From Clostridia bacterium (GTDB taxonomy: Bacteria > Bacillota > Clostridia > Oscillospirales > SIG627): a stretch of 64,000 nt of DNA. The position numbers were made by a program, and so were the translations under genes. The notes beneath the pieces were generated by a model, which saw nothing but the letters and a program-made list of their open reading frames with translations, had not been told where the DNA came from and did not search any database. Below are positions 1 through 10,111 of the stretch, piece after piece (within the stretch, counting starts at the first letter, position 1; every line of letters starts with the position of its first letter). The stretch covers positions 45,443 through 109,442 of the forward strand of contig JAFUKG010000043.1 of NCBI GenBank assembly GCA_017467865.1, read 5' to 3'.

Positions 1-18
1 GCTCTTTCTTTTACTTTA

Positions 19-75
19 AATGCAGAATGCAGAGTGCAGAATGCAGAATTAAGGAAAATTTTCCCTTAATTCTGT
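19..75 (+). repeat. Heptad-repeat palindromic intergenic element, copy A
   Basis: Tandem 7-mers AATGCAG/AATGCAG/AGTGCAG/AATGCAG, then an AATTAAGG-aaaatttt-CCCTTAATT hairpin. The same architecture recurs at 6 more loci. Confidence 0.8.
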
Positions 76-85
76 TCAAATATTT

Positions 86-1375
86 TTAGTCTATTGTAAG
101 AGTATTCCTCTTTTTGTTTATATATGAAGAAAAATAGGTTTCAAAAAATCTTACGGCGTATTCGCTGTCCCTTGCGCCCGCCGTTTCAAAGGCGGAATGC
201 ATAGAAAGTTCGGGCAGTCCTATATCCACGCCTGTGACGGGAACGTTTGAAATTGCGATATGACCGAGGGTTGAGCCTCCCGTCTTATCCGAGCGGTTTG
301 TATAATACGAGAAGGGCAGGTCTGCCATTCGGCAAAGCTGGGTAAACACTGCGCTTCCTTCCCCTTCGGTGATATATCTCATCTGAGAGTTAGATTTCAA
401 AACAAGTCCTGAATTGAGATAAGCTTTATTGAGAGAGTCGGTGAGCTCGGGGTGGTTGGGGTGCACTGCATGAGCGTTGTCGGCAGACACCATAAATGAA
501 TTTGAGAGGAGTCTTAAATACTCTTCCTCACCGCCGCCGAGAGCAAGGCTTATACGGCGGAGAACGTTTGATAAAAAGGCAGAGCCTGCCCCTTCGTGAG
601 TAGTGCTTCCAACCTCTTCTGAGTTGAAGAGGGCAAGGACGGGCATATTTACCTCTTCGGTGGAAATGAGAAATCCTATAAGAGAAGTGTAAACGCACTG
701 CAGGTCGTCGAGGCGGGGTGCTGAAACGAATTCTTCTCTGACGCCCCACAATCTTCCCTTATCACGGTTTACAAGATAAAGGTCGTGGGAAACGATATCC
801 TCCTTTTCTACACCTATGCTGTCTGCAATAAGGGAAGTAAGAGCTCCCGCGCTATCCTTACCGCCTATCAGCGGGCACATATCGAGAAGCATCGAAAGCT
901 TCTCCTCTCCCGACAGGTGAGGTGCCACTGAGGGTATGAGGGCAACGTCGCGGTCAAGGGCAACAAGTCTTGACTCAATAGTTTTCCCAACCTTTACCAT
1001 AACCCGTCCCGCAATGCCCAGCGGTCTGTCAAGCCAAGTAGAAAGCACGGGACCGCCGTATTTCTCGGTAGAAAGTCTGAGGTAAGTGGAGTCTGTCAAT
1101 TCAAAATTCGGCTTCAGCTTAAAGGCGGGGCTGTCGGTATGACAAGCGGCTATCTGAAAGCCGTCAAAGCCGTCCTCGGGCACTCTGAAAGCAATGAGAG
1201 ATGCGTCGCCTTTTGTAACAAAGTAAGCTCCTGAGCGCTCTAAAGTCCATTTATCACCCTCGAAAAGCTCGGTGTATCCGTCCTCGATAAGGCGCATTTT
1301 TACGTTGTGAACTGTGTGAAATGCCGTAGGAGATAAGTCGATAAAGTCTATCAGGTCTCGGTTTAAATTTTCCAT
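86..1375 (-). CDS. M18-family aminopeptidase
   Basis: 429-aa ORF with M18 hallmarks seen by eye: SPTAFH near the N-terminus, CHTDSP, NSEEVGS, DNAHAVHPN and LSMHS. Confidence 0.85.
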   Translation of the reverse strand: MENLNRDLIDFIDLSPTAFHTVHNVKMRLIEDGYTELFEGDKWTLERSGAYFVTKGDASLIAFRVPEDGFDGFQIAACHTDSPAFKLKPNFELTDSTYLRLSTEKYGGPVLSTWLDRPLGIAGRVMVKVGKTIESRLVALDRDVALIPSVAPHLSGEEKLSMLLDMCPLIGGKDSAGALTSLIADSIGVEKEDIVSHDLYLVNRDKGRLWGVREEFVSAPRLDDLQCVYTSLIGFLISTEEVNMPVLALFNSEEVGSTTHEGAGSAFLSNVLRRISLALGGGEEEYLRLLSNSFMVSADNAHAVHPNHPELTDSLNKAYLNSGLVLKSNSQMRYITEGEGSAVFTQLCRMADLPFSYYTNRSDKTGGSTLGHIAISNVPVTGVDIGLPELSMHSAFETAGARDSEYAVRFFETYFSSYINKKRNTLTID

Positions 1376-1378
1376 AAA

Positions 1379-1720
1379 TCAGTTATTCTCCAATTTTCTG
1401 TAATAGGAAAAGTGGGCAACGACGGTTCTCGTCTCACCTTTTTCCTCGTCGAAGCCCGAAATGATAATTCCGTTACGGCTCATAAGCTCGGCAACGTTTA
1501 TTTCCTCGGCATTGCCATGAAAGACTACCTTTCCTTCACAGCAGACGATAAAGGTCTTATCCTTAATGGAAATTGAACCGCTTTTGCCAACAAGTATTTC
1601 TTCGTTGTCAATTCTCTCGGTTACAGATTCGATAATAAGATTATTAAATTTTTCCGCCATTTTCAGGTTATATGCACGGCTGCCGGGTTTGGGTGAGAGG
1701 AGTCTTGACAAGAAGCTCAT
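1379..1720 (-). CDS. Small hypothetical protein, operon-embedded
   Basis: 113-aa ORF. Its ATG overlaps the TGA of the upstream ABC ATPase (ATGA at 1717-1720), and it ends 3 nt before the aminopeptidase start. No recognisable family. Confidence 0.5.
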   Translation of the reverse strand: MSFLSRLLSPKPGSRAYNLKMAEKFNNLIIESVTERIDNEEILVGKSGSISIKDKTFIVCCEGKVVFHGNAEEINVAELMSRNGIIISGFDEEKGETRTVVAHFSYYRKLENN

Positions 1721-2451
1721 AAAAGCACCTTAGAAAGGAAGTCGCGAAGTCTTGGGTTTTTGGGGTTGCCGAAAAATTCCTCGGGTGTTCCCTCCTCTGC
1801 AATTTTACCCTCGTCGATAAAGAGTACTCTTGAGCCAACCTCTTTGGCAAAGCCCATTTCGTGAGTAACCACCACCATGGTCATACCCTCATGGGCAAGC
1901 TCCTTCATAAGCTCAAGAACCTCTCCTACCATTTCGGGGTCAAGGGCTGAGGTGGGCTCGTCGAAAAGAAGAACGTCGGGTGACATGGCAAGAGCACGGA
2001 CAATGGCGACTCTCTGCTTCTGACCGCCCGAGAGCTGTGAGGGGTATGCATTTGCCTTATCGGCAAGTCCTATTCTATAAAGCAGCTCCATAGCCTTGAC
2101 ATCTGCATCCTTTTTTGACATAAGTCCAAGCTTCGTGGGGGCGAGTGTGATATTTTCGAGAATGGTTTTATGAGGGAAAAGGTTGAAGTGCTGGAAAACC
2201 ATTCCCATCTTCTGTCTTATTTTATTTATTTCCTTGCCTTTATGGGTTATCTTCTTTCCGTCGAACCATATTTCTCCCTCTGTGGGGACTTCAAGCATAT
2301 TAAGACATCGAAGGAAGGTACTCTTTCCCCCGCCCGAAGGGCCGATAACTACCACCTTTTCGCCTTTTTCGATTTTTATATCAATTCCTTTCAGGACCTT
2401 TATTTCATTGTCCTTACCGAAATTTTTGATAAGATTTTTAACCTCTATCAC
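1717..2451 (-). CDS. Amino-acid ABC transporter ATP-binding protein (GlnQ-like)
   Basis: Walker [10 protein letters not shown], signature LSGGQKQR, Walker [12 protein letters not shown]. Start moved to GTG 2451 (VIEVKNL), which lies about 10 nt after a GGAGG. The longer track ORF runs into the permease gene. Confidence 0.9.
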   Translation of the reverse strand: MIEVKNLIKNFGKDNEIKVLKGIDIKIEKGEKVVVIGPSGGGKSTFLRCLNMLEVPTEGEIWFDGKKITHKGKEINKIRQKMGMVFQHFNLFPHKTILENITLAPTKLGLMSKKDADVKAMELLYRIGLADKANAYPSQLSGGQKQRVAIVRALAMSPDVLLFDEPTSALDPEMVGEVLELMKELAHEGMTMVVVTHEMGFAKEVGSRVLFIDEGKIAEEGTPEEFFGNPKNPRLRDFLSKVLL

Positions 2452-3829
2452 TCTTGCGAAGCCTCCTTTCGAGAAGAGATACAAGATAAGAAAGACCGAG
2501 TACAAGTACAAGATATACTACTGCAATTGCTATAAGGGGCATAAAGTTACTGTAAGTGATGCTTCTTATCTTTAAGCCTCCCTGAGTCAGGTCGGCAACG
2601 CCTATATAGAAGGCAACCGAGGTTTCCTTGAGGAGTGCGATAAACTCGTTTGCAAGAGCGGGAAGCACCGCTTTTATAGCTTGTGGAATTATTATGTACC
2701 ACATAGTAGCAACGTAGTTAAAGCCAAGGCTTCTTCCTGCCTCAAGCTGTCCGTCGTCGATAGACATGATACCGCCTCTTACTATCTCGGAAACGTAAGC
2801 GCCCGAGTTTATACCGAAGCAGAGCACCGCCGCCGTAAACTTCTCAATGCCGATGGGAAGAAGTATTACGAAGTATATTATCATAAGCTGAATCATGACG
2901 GGTGTGCCTCGCATTATTGAAACGTAGAGGCGGGTGACATAGTCAAGGATTTTAAGCTTTCCCGTTTTCTGATAGGTACAGCGGATTATAGCCACAACAA
3001 AGCCTATTACAAGTCCAAGGAGAAGAGAGAGGAGAGTAATAGAAAGAGTTGTGCCAAGACCTCTTACCAGGTACATATAGCGGTTATCTTCTATGAAGTT
3101 GCGGTAGAACTGAGTTTTAAAATTATTGTATGCGCCAAGGATTACAGATGAGGTATCGGGCTTTTCGGAGCTGTAATTTTTAAGCTTGAAGCAGTCGATA
3201 CAGCCCGAACGAAGAGAACTGCGGTTTGAAATATCTATCGTCTCACCGTCAACCGTTATTTCCTTTGTGCTATTTACAAAATTCTTTGCCGAAATGATAC
3301 CGCCCAGCACCTTGTCAACCATAGCGTCGTCAAGGTAGAGGGTAAGTCCCTTATCCTTTGTTTCGTAAAGAACGATTTCCACCTCTCCCGACAGCCTTTC
3401 GGAATTTTCCATAAGAGCAAGGAGACGGGGCTTTATTTCAAGAAGAATTGCAGTGGCATTCTTCGTCTTTTTCGTTACAGGGTCAATGAGGTCAACGTTC
3501 AGAAGCTCGTTGACGTTTTCTTTTACGGGAGTGAATATATCAACGGTGTCATAAGTACACTTAAGTATAATATTCTTTTCATAGCCGTACTCTATCTCGT
3601 TAACCGTCACCTTTGTGTTTTCAGCAACGTACTTGGCACAGGGTGCAATGTTGTTGGGTAATGCCGAAATCTCCCTATCTACAATAGTCTGCGCCTCTTC
3701 TACGGTAAGCTCGGTCTTTGCAGTGTTGTTCTTCTTTTCGATAAAAACTGCTACCGAAAACGCCGCAGCTATTATTGCTATAACCGTGAGGAGTACAACA
3801 AGACTTCTCAGATGTTTATTCTTTATCAT
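2438..3829 (-). CDS. Amino-acid ABC transporter permease with a long N-terminal extracytoplasmic extension
   Basis: The C-terminal ~220 aa is a His/Glu/Gln/Arg-type permease domain ([14 protein letters not shown] loop). The N-terminal ~240 aa follows a single TM helix and belongs to no recognisable family. Confidence 0.85.
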   Translation of the reverse strand: MIKNKHLRSLVVLLTVIAIIAAAFSVAVFIEKKNNTAKTELTVEEAQTIVDREISALPNNIAPCAKYVAENTKVTVNEIEYGYEKNIILKCTYDTVDIFTPVKENVNELLNVDLIDPVTKKTKNATAILLEIKPRLLALMENSERLSGEVEIVLYETKDKGLTLYLDDAMVDKVLGGIISAKNFVNSTKEITVDGETIDISNRSSLRSGCIDCFKLKNYSSEKPDTSSVILGAYNNFKTQFYRNFIEDNRYMYLVRGLGTTLSITLLSLLLGLVIGFVVAIIRCTYQKTGKLKILDYVTRLYVSIMRGTPVMIQLMIIYFVILLPIGIEKFTAAVLCFGINSGAYVSEIVRGGIMSIDDGQLEAGRSLGFNYVATMWYIIIPQAIKAVLPALANEFIALLKETSVAFYIGVADLTQGGLKIRSITYSNFMPLIAIAVVYLVLVLGLSYLVSLLERRLRKSDRG

Positions 3830-3917
3830 TTAACTTTGCCTTCCTTTTAACGCAAAAAAATAGGAAAGCTCAAGACGTTCCTATTTTTCTGCATTATCTT
3901 AAAATGTTACTTTTAAA

Positions 3918-4724
3918 TTACTTGATGTACTTTGCAACGATTTCTGCAATCTTGCCGTTTTCGGTAAGAGCGAGAATTGCCTCGTTGAGTTTGTCAAGAA
4001 GCTCTGTGTTTTCCTTGCTAACGCAGATAGCATAGTCTTCATCAGCATAAGAGGTATCAAGAATCATAAGGCCTTCGTTTGCCGCAACAAGTGCCTTAGC
4101 GGGCTCGTTGTCGATGATTACGCAGTCAACAGAACCGCCAACAAGTGCGAGAACCGCATTGTTACCGTTGTTGTACTGGATAACTCTGTCTGAGCCAAGG
4201 TCGCCTGAAGCGTAGATGTCACCGGTTGTACCAAGCTGAACGCCTGCCTTGTAGGTTGCGCCCTCAGCGAAAAGGTCGTCAACTGTTGTGATGGGTGAAC
4301 CAACGGGTACGATAACAGACTGAACGCCTGTTGCGTAGCTGTTTGTGAAGTCGATTTCAAGAAGTCTGTCTTCGGTAACTGTCATACCTGCCATACCGAA
4401 ATCAACTGCGCCTTCCTTAACTGCGGTGATGATTGTGTCGAATTCCATATCCTGAATTTCGAGAGTCATTCCGAGATACTCAGCGATAAGCGCTGCAATC
4501 TCAGCGTCGATACCTACGATCTTGTCACCCTCATAGTATTCGTAGGGCTGGAAGTATGCGTTGGTAGCCATCTTGATAACGGGCTTTTCCTCGGGTACTT
4601 CAGGTGTTTCATTATTTTCAACAACTTCATCGTTGGTCTCGGGCTCTGCTTCGTTGCAGGATACAAGTGCGAAAGACATAGTAACCATTGCAAGAGCAAG
4701 AACCAATGCTAAAAACTTTTTCAT
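3918..4724 (-). CDS. Amino-acid ABC transporter substrate-binding lipoprotein (family 3 SBP)
   Basis: Signal peptide with lipobox LVSC, then an SBP_bac_3-like body (YFQPYEY, GIDAEIA, DFGMAGMT). Confidence 0.9.
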   Translation of the reverse strand: MKKFLALVLALAMVTMSFALVSCNEAEPETNDEVVENNETPEVPEEKPVIKMATNAYFQPYEYYEGDKIVGIDAEIAALIAEYLGMTLEIQDMEFDTIITAVKEGAVDFGMAGMTVTEDRLLEIDFTNSYATGVQSVIVPVGSPITTVDDLFAEGATYKAGVQLGTTGDIYASGDLGSDRVIQYNNGNNAVLALVGGSVDCVIIDNEPAKALVAANEGLMILDTSYADEDYAICVSKENTELLDKLNEAILALTENGKIAEIVAKYIK

Positions 4725-4946
4725 TTTTTCTTCTCCTTAAATTTATTGAAGTCATATAGATTATACATCATTCCACCAAAAAATCAACCTTTTTTAATAA
4801 AAAAATATTTTTTCTGCCCTCTTCGCTCCCAAAAAAGCGTTATTTACAAAGGGATTTGTGAAAAAGCTTTTTTTGAATAAATATTCCAAAAACTGCAATT
4901 TTATGTTATTTTTGAATTTATGAACGTATTCATTTTACAGTCATAA

Positions 4947-4960
4947 TGTAAACGTTTACG
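4947..4960. promoter_or_regulatory. cre-like palindrome (possible CcpA site)
   Basis: TGTAAACGTTTACG matches 13 of 14 positions of the TGWAANCGNTNWCA consensus. It sits in the divergent region between the ABC and rnf operons. Confidence 0.25.
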
Positions 4961-5111
4961 AATATGAAGGAAACTTTTTACCGTATTTTTATTTAGTCTT
5001 TATTTATCCTTAAATATAGGCTTTTTTGAGAATTTCTTTGTTAAAAATTTATCAATGTTGCGAATTCCTTGAACAAACGATAAAAAAGTTTGAAAAAGAT
5101 AATATAAGTGG

Positions 5112-5140
5112 TTGCAAAAATGACAAGAAAGTGCTAAAAT
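5112..5140 (+). promoter_or_regulatory. Putative sigmaA promoter of the rnf operon
   Basis: TTGCAA, 17-nt spacer, TAAAAT with a TGc extended -10. Located about 30 nt upstream of the rnfC RBS. Confidence 0.45.
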
Positions 5141-5167
5141 ATACACAAAGCAAAGGAGAGTGAACAA

Positions 5168-6466
5168 ATGGCTTTAACCTTTAAAGGCGGACTTCATCCC
5201 AACGGGAGCAAGATAACAGCGCGTTTCCCCATTGAAGTTATGCCCGACCCTCAGACAGTAAGCATCGCCATGTCTCAGCACATAGGCGCACCGTGTACTC
5301 ATACCGTAAAAAAGGGAGACAGAGTTTTAAAGGGACAGATAATCGGTCTTTCTGACAGCCCTCTCACCTGCCCCGTTCACGCAAGTGTTTCGGGAACTGT
5401 CACCTCTATTGTTGACAGAGTAGGTGCCGCAGGACAAAAGATTGTGCACGTAGTAATAGAAAACGATTTTAAATCGGAGTATTCCCCCGACATAAAAGAA
5501 AATACAAAGGCGCTTGCCGAGCACTCCTTTGAGGAAATTGTGGAGATTGTAAAGAATGCAGGTATTGCAGGTATGGGAGGAGCATCCTTCCCTACCTACT
5601 TCAAAATTGCATCGGCAAAGGATAAGGTTACAAAGCTTATTGTAAACTGCGCAGAGTGTGAGCCCTACATTACGGCTAACCACCGCCTTATGCTTGAAAA
5701 GCCTGAAGAAATAGTCAAGGGCATAAGGATTGTTATGCACGCCCTCGGCATTCAGGAATGTGACGTTGCCGTTGAGGACAACAAGCTGGACGCTGTGAGA
5801 GTTCTTGAAAACACCCTTGCGGGGGACGACAAAATCAAGGTCAAGGTTCTCAAGACCAAGTACCCTCAGGGCGATGAAAGACAGCTTATTTACGCTCTTG
5901 ACAAAATAGAGATACCCGCGGGTAAGCTTCCCGCCGACGTTGGAAGAATAGTGATAAACGCCGAGACCTCGGCTGCTATCTGCCACGCCTTTTATTCGGG
6001 AATGCCCCTTATAAACAGAATTATTACAGTTACGGGCAACTGTGTTGCCAACCCTAAAAACCTCCTTGTACCCATAGGTGCTTCCTTTACAGATATCATA
6101 GAATTCTGCGGAGGCTACACGGGCGAAGTGGAAAAGATAATAAGCGGAGGTCCTATGATGGGCTTTGCGCAATGGGACGAAAACGCTCCCGTTGTGAAGG
6201 GTACTGCCTCTATTCTCACCTTCAAAAAAGAAAATAAGAAAACTGCATTTGAAAACTGCATTCACTGCGGCAAATGTGTGGGCTCCTGCCCCATGAGGCT
6301 GATGCCCCTTTACTTCGCAAGCTTCGCGAAGCTGGGAGACTTCGAGGCGTGCCGTGAATTCGACGTACTAAGCTGTGTGGAATGCGGATGCTGTACCTAC
6401 CAATGCCCCGGAAACGTTCCTATCGTTCAGTACATAAGAACCGCCAAGGGCAAGCTTAGAAAGTAA
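5168..6466 (+). CDS. rnfC: Rnf electron transport complex subunit C
   Basis: 432 aa with two C-terminal 4Fe-4S motifs (CIHCGKCVGSCP, CVECGCCTYQCP). First gene of the C-D-G-E-A-B order. Confidence 0.95.
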   Translation: MALTFKGGLHPNGSKITARFPIEVMPDPQTVSIAMSQHIGAPCTHTVKKGDRVLKGQIIGLSDSPLTCPVHASVSGTVTSIVDRVGAAGQKIVHVVIENDFKSEYSPDIKENTKALAEHSFEEIVEIVKNAGIAGMGGASFPTYFKIASAKDKVTKLIVNCAECEPYITANHRLMLEKPEEIVKGIRIVMHALGIQECDVAVEDNKLDAVRVLENTLAGDDKIKVKVLKTKYPQGDERQLIYALDKIEIPAGKLPADVGRIVINAETSAAICHAFYSGMPLINRIITVTGNCVANPKNLLVPIGASFTDIIEFCGGYTGEVEKIISGGPMMGFAQWDENAPVVKGTASILTFKKENKKTAFENCIHCGKCVGSCPMRLMPLYFASFAKLGDFEACREFDVLSCVECGCCTYQCPGNVPIVQYIRTAKGKLRK

Positions 6467-6481
6467 GGAAGGAGAATTAAT

Positions 6482-7462
6482 ATGGGACTTTTAAAGGTTT
6501 CGGCGTCTCCTCACATCAGACACGAGGACACAACTCGCGTTCTGATGTCCGACGTCATAATTGCAATGATAGCTCTTGTTATATGGGGAGCGTACGTATT
6601 CGGTCTGAGAGTTATAACGGTTACTGCCGTTTCGGTTATAAGCTGTGTGGCTTTTGAGTTTTTATTCAACCTCATTATAAAGAAGCCCTCTCCTGTCGGT
6701 GACCTTTCGGCGGTGGTGAGCGGAATGCTTCTTGCGTTCAATCTTCCTGCCACCATTCCTCTTTGGATACCCGTTGTGGGAGCCGCCTTTGCAATGATAG
6801 TTGTAAAGGGTCTTTTCGGAGGAATAGGTAAAAACTTTATGAACCCCGTTCTTGCCGCACGTGTATTTCTCTTCGCATCATGGCCCTCTCATATGACAAA
6901 TTACAGTGAACCTCTTATGAGGCTTCCTCTTTTTGGAGAGGGTATTGACGCTGTTTCATCAGCTACCTCTCTGACTCTTCTGAAATCAGGACAGCTTCCC
7001 GACCTTTCGGTAAAGGATATGCTTATCGGAAATATGGCAGGATGTATCGGAGAAATATCCTCTATTCTCATCCTTGCAGGAGGTCTTTACCTTATTGTAA
7101 GGCGTGTAATCACTTGGCATATCCCCGTATCCTTCATAGGCACCGTGGCAATATTCTCGCTAATTTTCGCACCCTCTGAAATCAATGCTCTTACATATAT
7201 GACAGCAGAGCTTTTAAGCGGAGGACTTATGCTTGGTGCAATATTTATGGCAACCGACTACGTCACGTCCCCCGTCACCCCAAAGGGACGTCTTATCTAC
7301 GGTGTGGGATGCGGACTTCTCACCATGTTTATCAGAAACTTCGGCGGTTATCCCGAGGGAGTTTCCTTCGCTATACTTATTATGAATCTCTTCGTTTGGT
7401 ATCTTGACAGAGGCACAAAGCCCGTAAAATTCGGAGGAGGTAAGAAAAATGCAAAAGCTTAA
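6482..7462 (+). CDS. rnfD: Rnf complex subunit D
   Basis: 326-aa polytopic membrane protein of the NqrB/RnfD type, with a TDYVTSP region. Consistent operon position. Confidence 0.95.
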   Translation: MGLLKVSASPHIRHEDTTRVLMSDVIIAMIALVIWGAYVFGLRVITVTAVSVISCVAFEFLFNLIIKKPSPVGDLSAVVSGMLLAFNLPATIPLWIPVVGAAFAMIVVKGLFGGIGKNFMNPVLAARVFLFASWPSHMTNYSEPLMRLPLFGEGIDAVSSATSLTLLKSGQLPDLSVKDMLIGNMAGCIGEISSILILAGGLYLIVRRVITWHIPVSFIGTVAIFSLIFAPSEINALTYMTAELLSGGLMLGAIFMATDYVTSPVTPKGRLIYGVGCGLLTMFIRNFGGYPEGVSFAILIMNLFVWYLDRGTKPVKFGGGKKNAKA

Positions 7463-7991
7463 CTTTTTAAAGCCTGCACTTCCTCTGACGGTTATATGTG
7501 TTGTAATTGCCCTGCTCCTTGCTGTTGTCAATGCTGTGACGGCAGATAAAATTGCGGACAATGCAAAGAAAGAAAAGGAAAGTGCTATTGAAAAGATATT
7601 CCCCCAATGTGAGAGCTTTGAAAGCTCCGACCCCTCTCTCTGGAAGGAGACCGTCTCTGACGCAGGAAGCGTAAAGAATGAGGCGGGAGAGGTCATAGGC
7701 TACTTTGCCGAGGTTTCACCCGTAGGCTTCAAGGGAGAGATATCTCTCATCGTAGGCTGTGATAACGAGGGCAAGATAATTAAGGTTTCCTGCCTTTCCA
7801 CCACAGAAACTCCCGCGGTAGGCACTAAAGCTACCGACGACAAATATCTTTCGGGCTACACCGAGCTGACAGGAGACGACGTTATGGGTGTTGACACCAT
7901 AACGGGTGCAACAATCAGCTCAAAGGCGGTAAGGCTTGGTATTCACAATGCAGTTCTTACGGCTATGAATATAATAGAGGAGGGAAAATAA
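7449..7991 (+). CDS. rnfG: Rnf complex subunit G
   Basis: 180 aa with an N-terminal TM helix and the FMN-attachment-type motif ITGATISS. Confidence 0.9.
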   Translation: MQKLNFLKPALPLTVICVVIALLLAVVNAVTADKIADNAKKEKESAIEKIFPQCESFESSDPSLWKETVSDAGSVKNEAGEVIGYFAEVSPVGFKGEISLIVGCDNEGKIIKVSCLSTTETPAVGTKATDDKYLSGYTELTGDDVMGVDTITGATISSKAVRLGIHNAVLTAMNIIEEGK

Positions 7992-8612
7992 ATGTCGAAT
8001 ATAAAAAAGATTTTTACCGATGGATTATTTGACAAAAATCCTATCCTCGTACAGCTTCTTGGAACCTGTGCTACCCTTGCGGTAACCACCTCGGTTTCCA
8101 ACGGACTTGCCATGGGGCTTTCCACAACGGCGGTTCTTATCTTCTCAAACGTTTTCATATCGCTGCTCAGAAAATTCATACCCGGAGAGGTAAGAATTGC
8201 TTCCTACGTTGTAGTTATTTCGGGCTTCGTTACTGCCATTGAGCTTCTTATCAAGGCGTTTTTACCCGAAATAAATAAGTCGCAGGGCGTGTTTATTCCC
8301 CTTATAGTAGTAAACTGTATTATACTCTCCCGAGCCGAATCCTTTGCCTCTAAGAACTCTGTTCTCTATTCTGCCCTTGACGGAGTATCCATGGGGGCAG
8401 GCTTTACTCTGGCGCTTGTTATCGTATCGGCAATAAGAGAGATTATCGGCTCGGGTACCTTCCTTGGAATGAGAATACTTCCCGACTCCTATGAGCCTGC
8501 TCTTATATTCATTATGTCGGCAGGTGCCTTCTTTACCCTTGCCTTTGTAGTTGCGGGAATGAATAAAATTCTGTCTGCAATAAAGAAAAAGAGCCAAAAG
8601 GAGGGAAAGTAA
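7992..8612 (+). CDS. rnfE: Rnf complex subunit E
   Basis: 206-aa membrane protein of the RnfE/NqrD type (LVQLLGTCATLAVT). Confidence 0.9.
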   Translation: MSNIKKIFTDGLFDKNPILVQLLGTCATLAVTTSVSNGLAMGLSTTAVLIFSNVFISLLRKFIPGEVRIASYVVVISGFVTAIELLIKAFLPEINKSQGVFIPLIVVNCIILSRAESFASKNSVLYSALDGVSMGAGFTLALVIVSAIREIIGSGTFLGMRILPDSYEPALIFIMSAGAFFTLAFVVAGMNKILSAIKKKSQKEGK

Positions 8613-8613
8613 C

Positions 8614-9192
8614 ATGAAAGAGATACTTCTTATCGCCTTTGCGGCTATAATCACAGAAAACTTTATCTTCTCACGCTTCCTTGGTATATGTCCTTTCCTC
8701 GGAGTATCCGAAAAGCCGTCAACTGCCGCAGGTATGGGCTTTGCGGTTATGTTCGTTATGACAGTCTCCTCAGCTCTCACCTGGCTTGTATATGAGTTTA
8801 TTCTTGTTCCCTCGGGACTTGAATACATAAAGACTATTGCATTTATCCTTATTATCGCCGCCCTTGTGCAGATAATAGAAATGTTCTTAAAGAAGTTCGT
8901 TCCCGCCCTTTATCAGGCGCTTGGTATATACCTGCCTCTCATCACCACAAACTGTGCGGTGCTCGGTGCGGCTCTTCTCAATATTCAGAACGGCTTCAAC
9001 TTTATTGAATCGGTTGTGTTCGGTCTGTCTGCCGCTATCGGCTTCACCGTAGCTCTCCTCATTTTTGCAGGAGTCAGAGAGAGGCTGAGATTTGCCACTC
9101 CCCCTGCCGCCTTCAAGGGTATTCCCATTCTTCTCGTTTCGGCAGGACTTATTGCTATGGCATTTTCGGGCTTTGCCGGAATAAGCCTTTAA
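8614..9192 (+). CDS. rnfA: Rnf complex subunit A
   Basis: 192-aa membrane protein of the RnfA/NqrE type (NFIFSRFLGICPFLGVS). Confidence 0.9.
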   Translation: MKEILLIAFAAIITENFIFSRFLGICPFLGVSEKPSTAAGMGFAVMFVMTVSSALTWLVYEFILVPSGLEYIKTIAFILIIAALVQIIEMFLKKFVPALYQALGIYLPLITTNCAVLGAALLNIQNGFNFIESVVFGLSAAIGFTVALLIFAGVRERLRFATPPAAFKGIPILLVSAGLIAMAFSGFAGISL

Positions 9193-9204
9193 AGAGGTGA
9201 AAAT

Positions 9205-10053
9205 ATGAATGAATATGTAGTTAATATACTTCTTGCTTCCCTTTGGTTTCTCCTTATCGGAGGAGCACTGGGCGTCGCACTTTCCTTTGCGGCAAAGTTC
9301 TTAAAAACAAAAGAGGACCCTAGAGTAGAAAAGGTCCTTGATAATCTGCCCTCGGCAAACTGCGGAGGATGCGGCTGTGCGGGGTGCTCTGCCTTTGCAG
9401 AAAAGGTAGTAAACGGAGAGCTCAGCCCCACAAAATGTGCAGTAGCGTCTCACGAGGCAATTTCGGCTATTTCCGAAATTATGGGCATAAAAGAAGAAAA
9501 GCGTATCCGCATGAGAGCTCAGGTAATGTGCAGCGGTACTCATGACCACGCAAAGCTCAAATACGAATACGAAGGAATTCACGATTGCTTTTCAGCAATG
9601 AAGCTGGCAGGCGGAAATAAGCTTTGTCCCAACGGCTGTATGGGCTTTGGAAGCTGTGTTGAGGCTTGTAAATTCGATGCAATAACCATTATCAACGGTA
9701 CTGCCGCAGTAGACTATAACAAGTGTCAGGCTTGCGGTGCTTGTGTAACCGCTTGTCCTAAAGGGCTTATATCCCTTATTCCCTTTGAAGCAAAGTATTG
9801 GGTGGGTTGCAAGTGCACCGAAAAGGGCGCTTCCACAAAGACGTGGTGCGACGTTGGATGCATCGGCTGCAAGATATGCGAAAAGAACTGTGAAACGGGT
9901 GCCATAAAGGTAAAGGACAACCTTGCAAAAATCGACTACGACCTTTGTAATTCCTGCGGAAAATGCTTTGAAGTGTGTCCAAGACACATCATTTGGAGCT
10001 CAGAAGAACACCTTGCAGTTAAAAAGGAAGAGCCTATCAAACAAACCGTTTAA
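9205..10053 (+). CDS. rnfB: Rnf complex subunit B (polyferredoxin)
   Basis: N-terminal TM helix, a CGGCGCAGC cluster and several CxxCxxCxxxCP ferredoxin motifs. Confidence 0.9.
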   Translation: MNEYVVNILLASLWFLLIGGALGVALSFAAKFLKTKEDPRVEKVLDNLPSANCGGCGCAGCSAFAEKVVNGELSPTKCAVASHEAISAISEIMGIKEEKRIRMRAQVMCSGTHDHAKLKYEYEGIHDCFSAMKLAGGNKLCPNGCMGFGSCVEACKFDAITIINGTAAVDYNKCQACGACVTACPKGLISLIPFEAKYWVGCKCTEKGASTKTWCDVGCIGCKICEKNCETGAIKVKDNLAKIDYDLCNSCGKCFEVCPRHIIWSSEEHLAVKKEEPIKQTV

Positions 10054-10111
10054 AAAAACTATGGACTTTTCGGAGAAAAGATGTTAAAATAAACATACAA
10101 TCTCCGAGATG

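Noticed and set aside
1717-2511. N-terminally extended versions of several track ORFs (1717-2511, 10595, 14914, 16703, 17896, 27102, 27907, 33657, 33658, 41133, 45590, 46881, 56313)
   Set aside because: The extensions overlap upstream genes or repeats and lack an RBS. Internal starts with good Shine-Dalgarno spacing give family-typical N-termini.
5327-6265. 312-aa minus-strand ORF inside rnfC
   Set aside because: It lies entirely antisense to a well-supported rnfC frame, has no RBS and has low-complexity composition. It is a shadow ORF.
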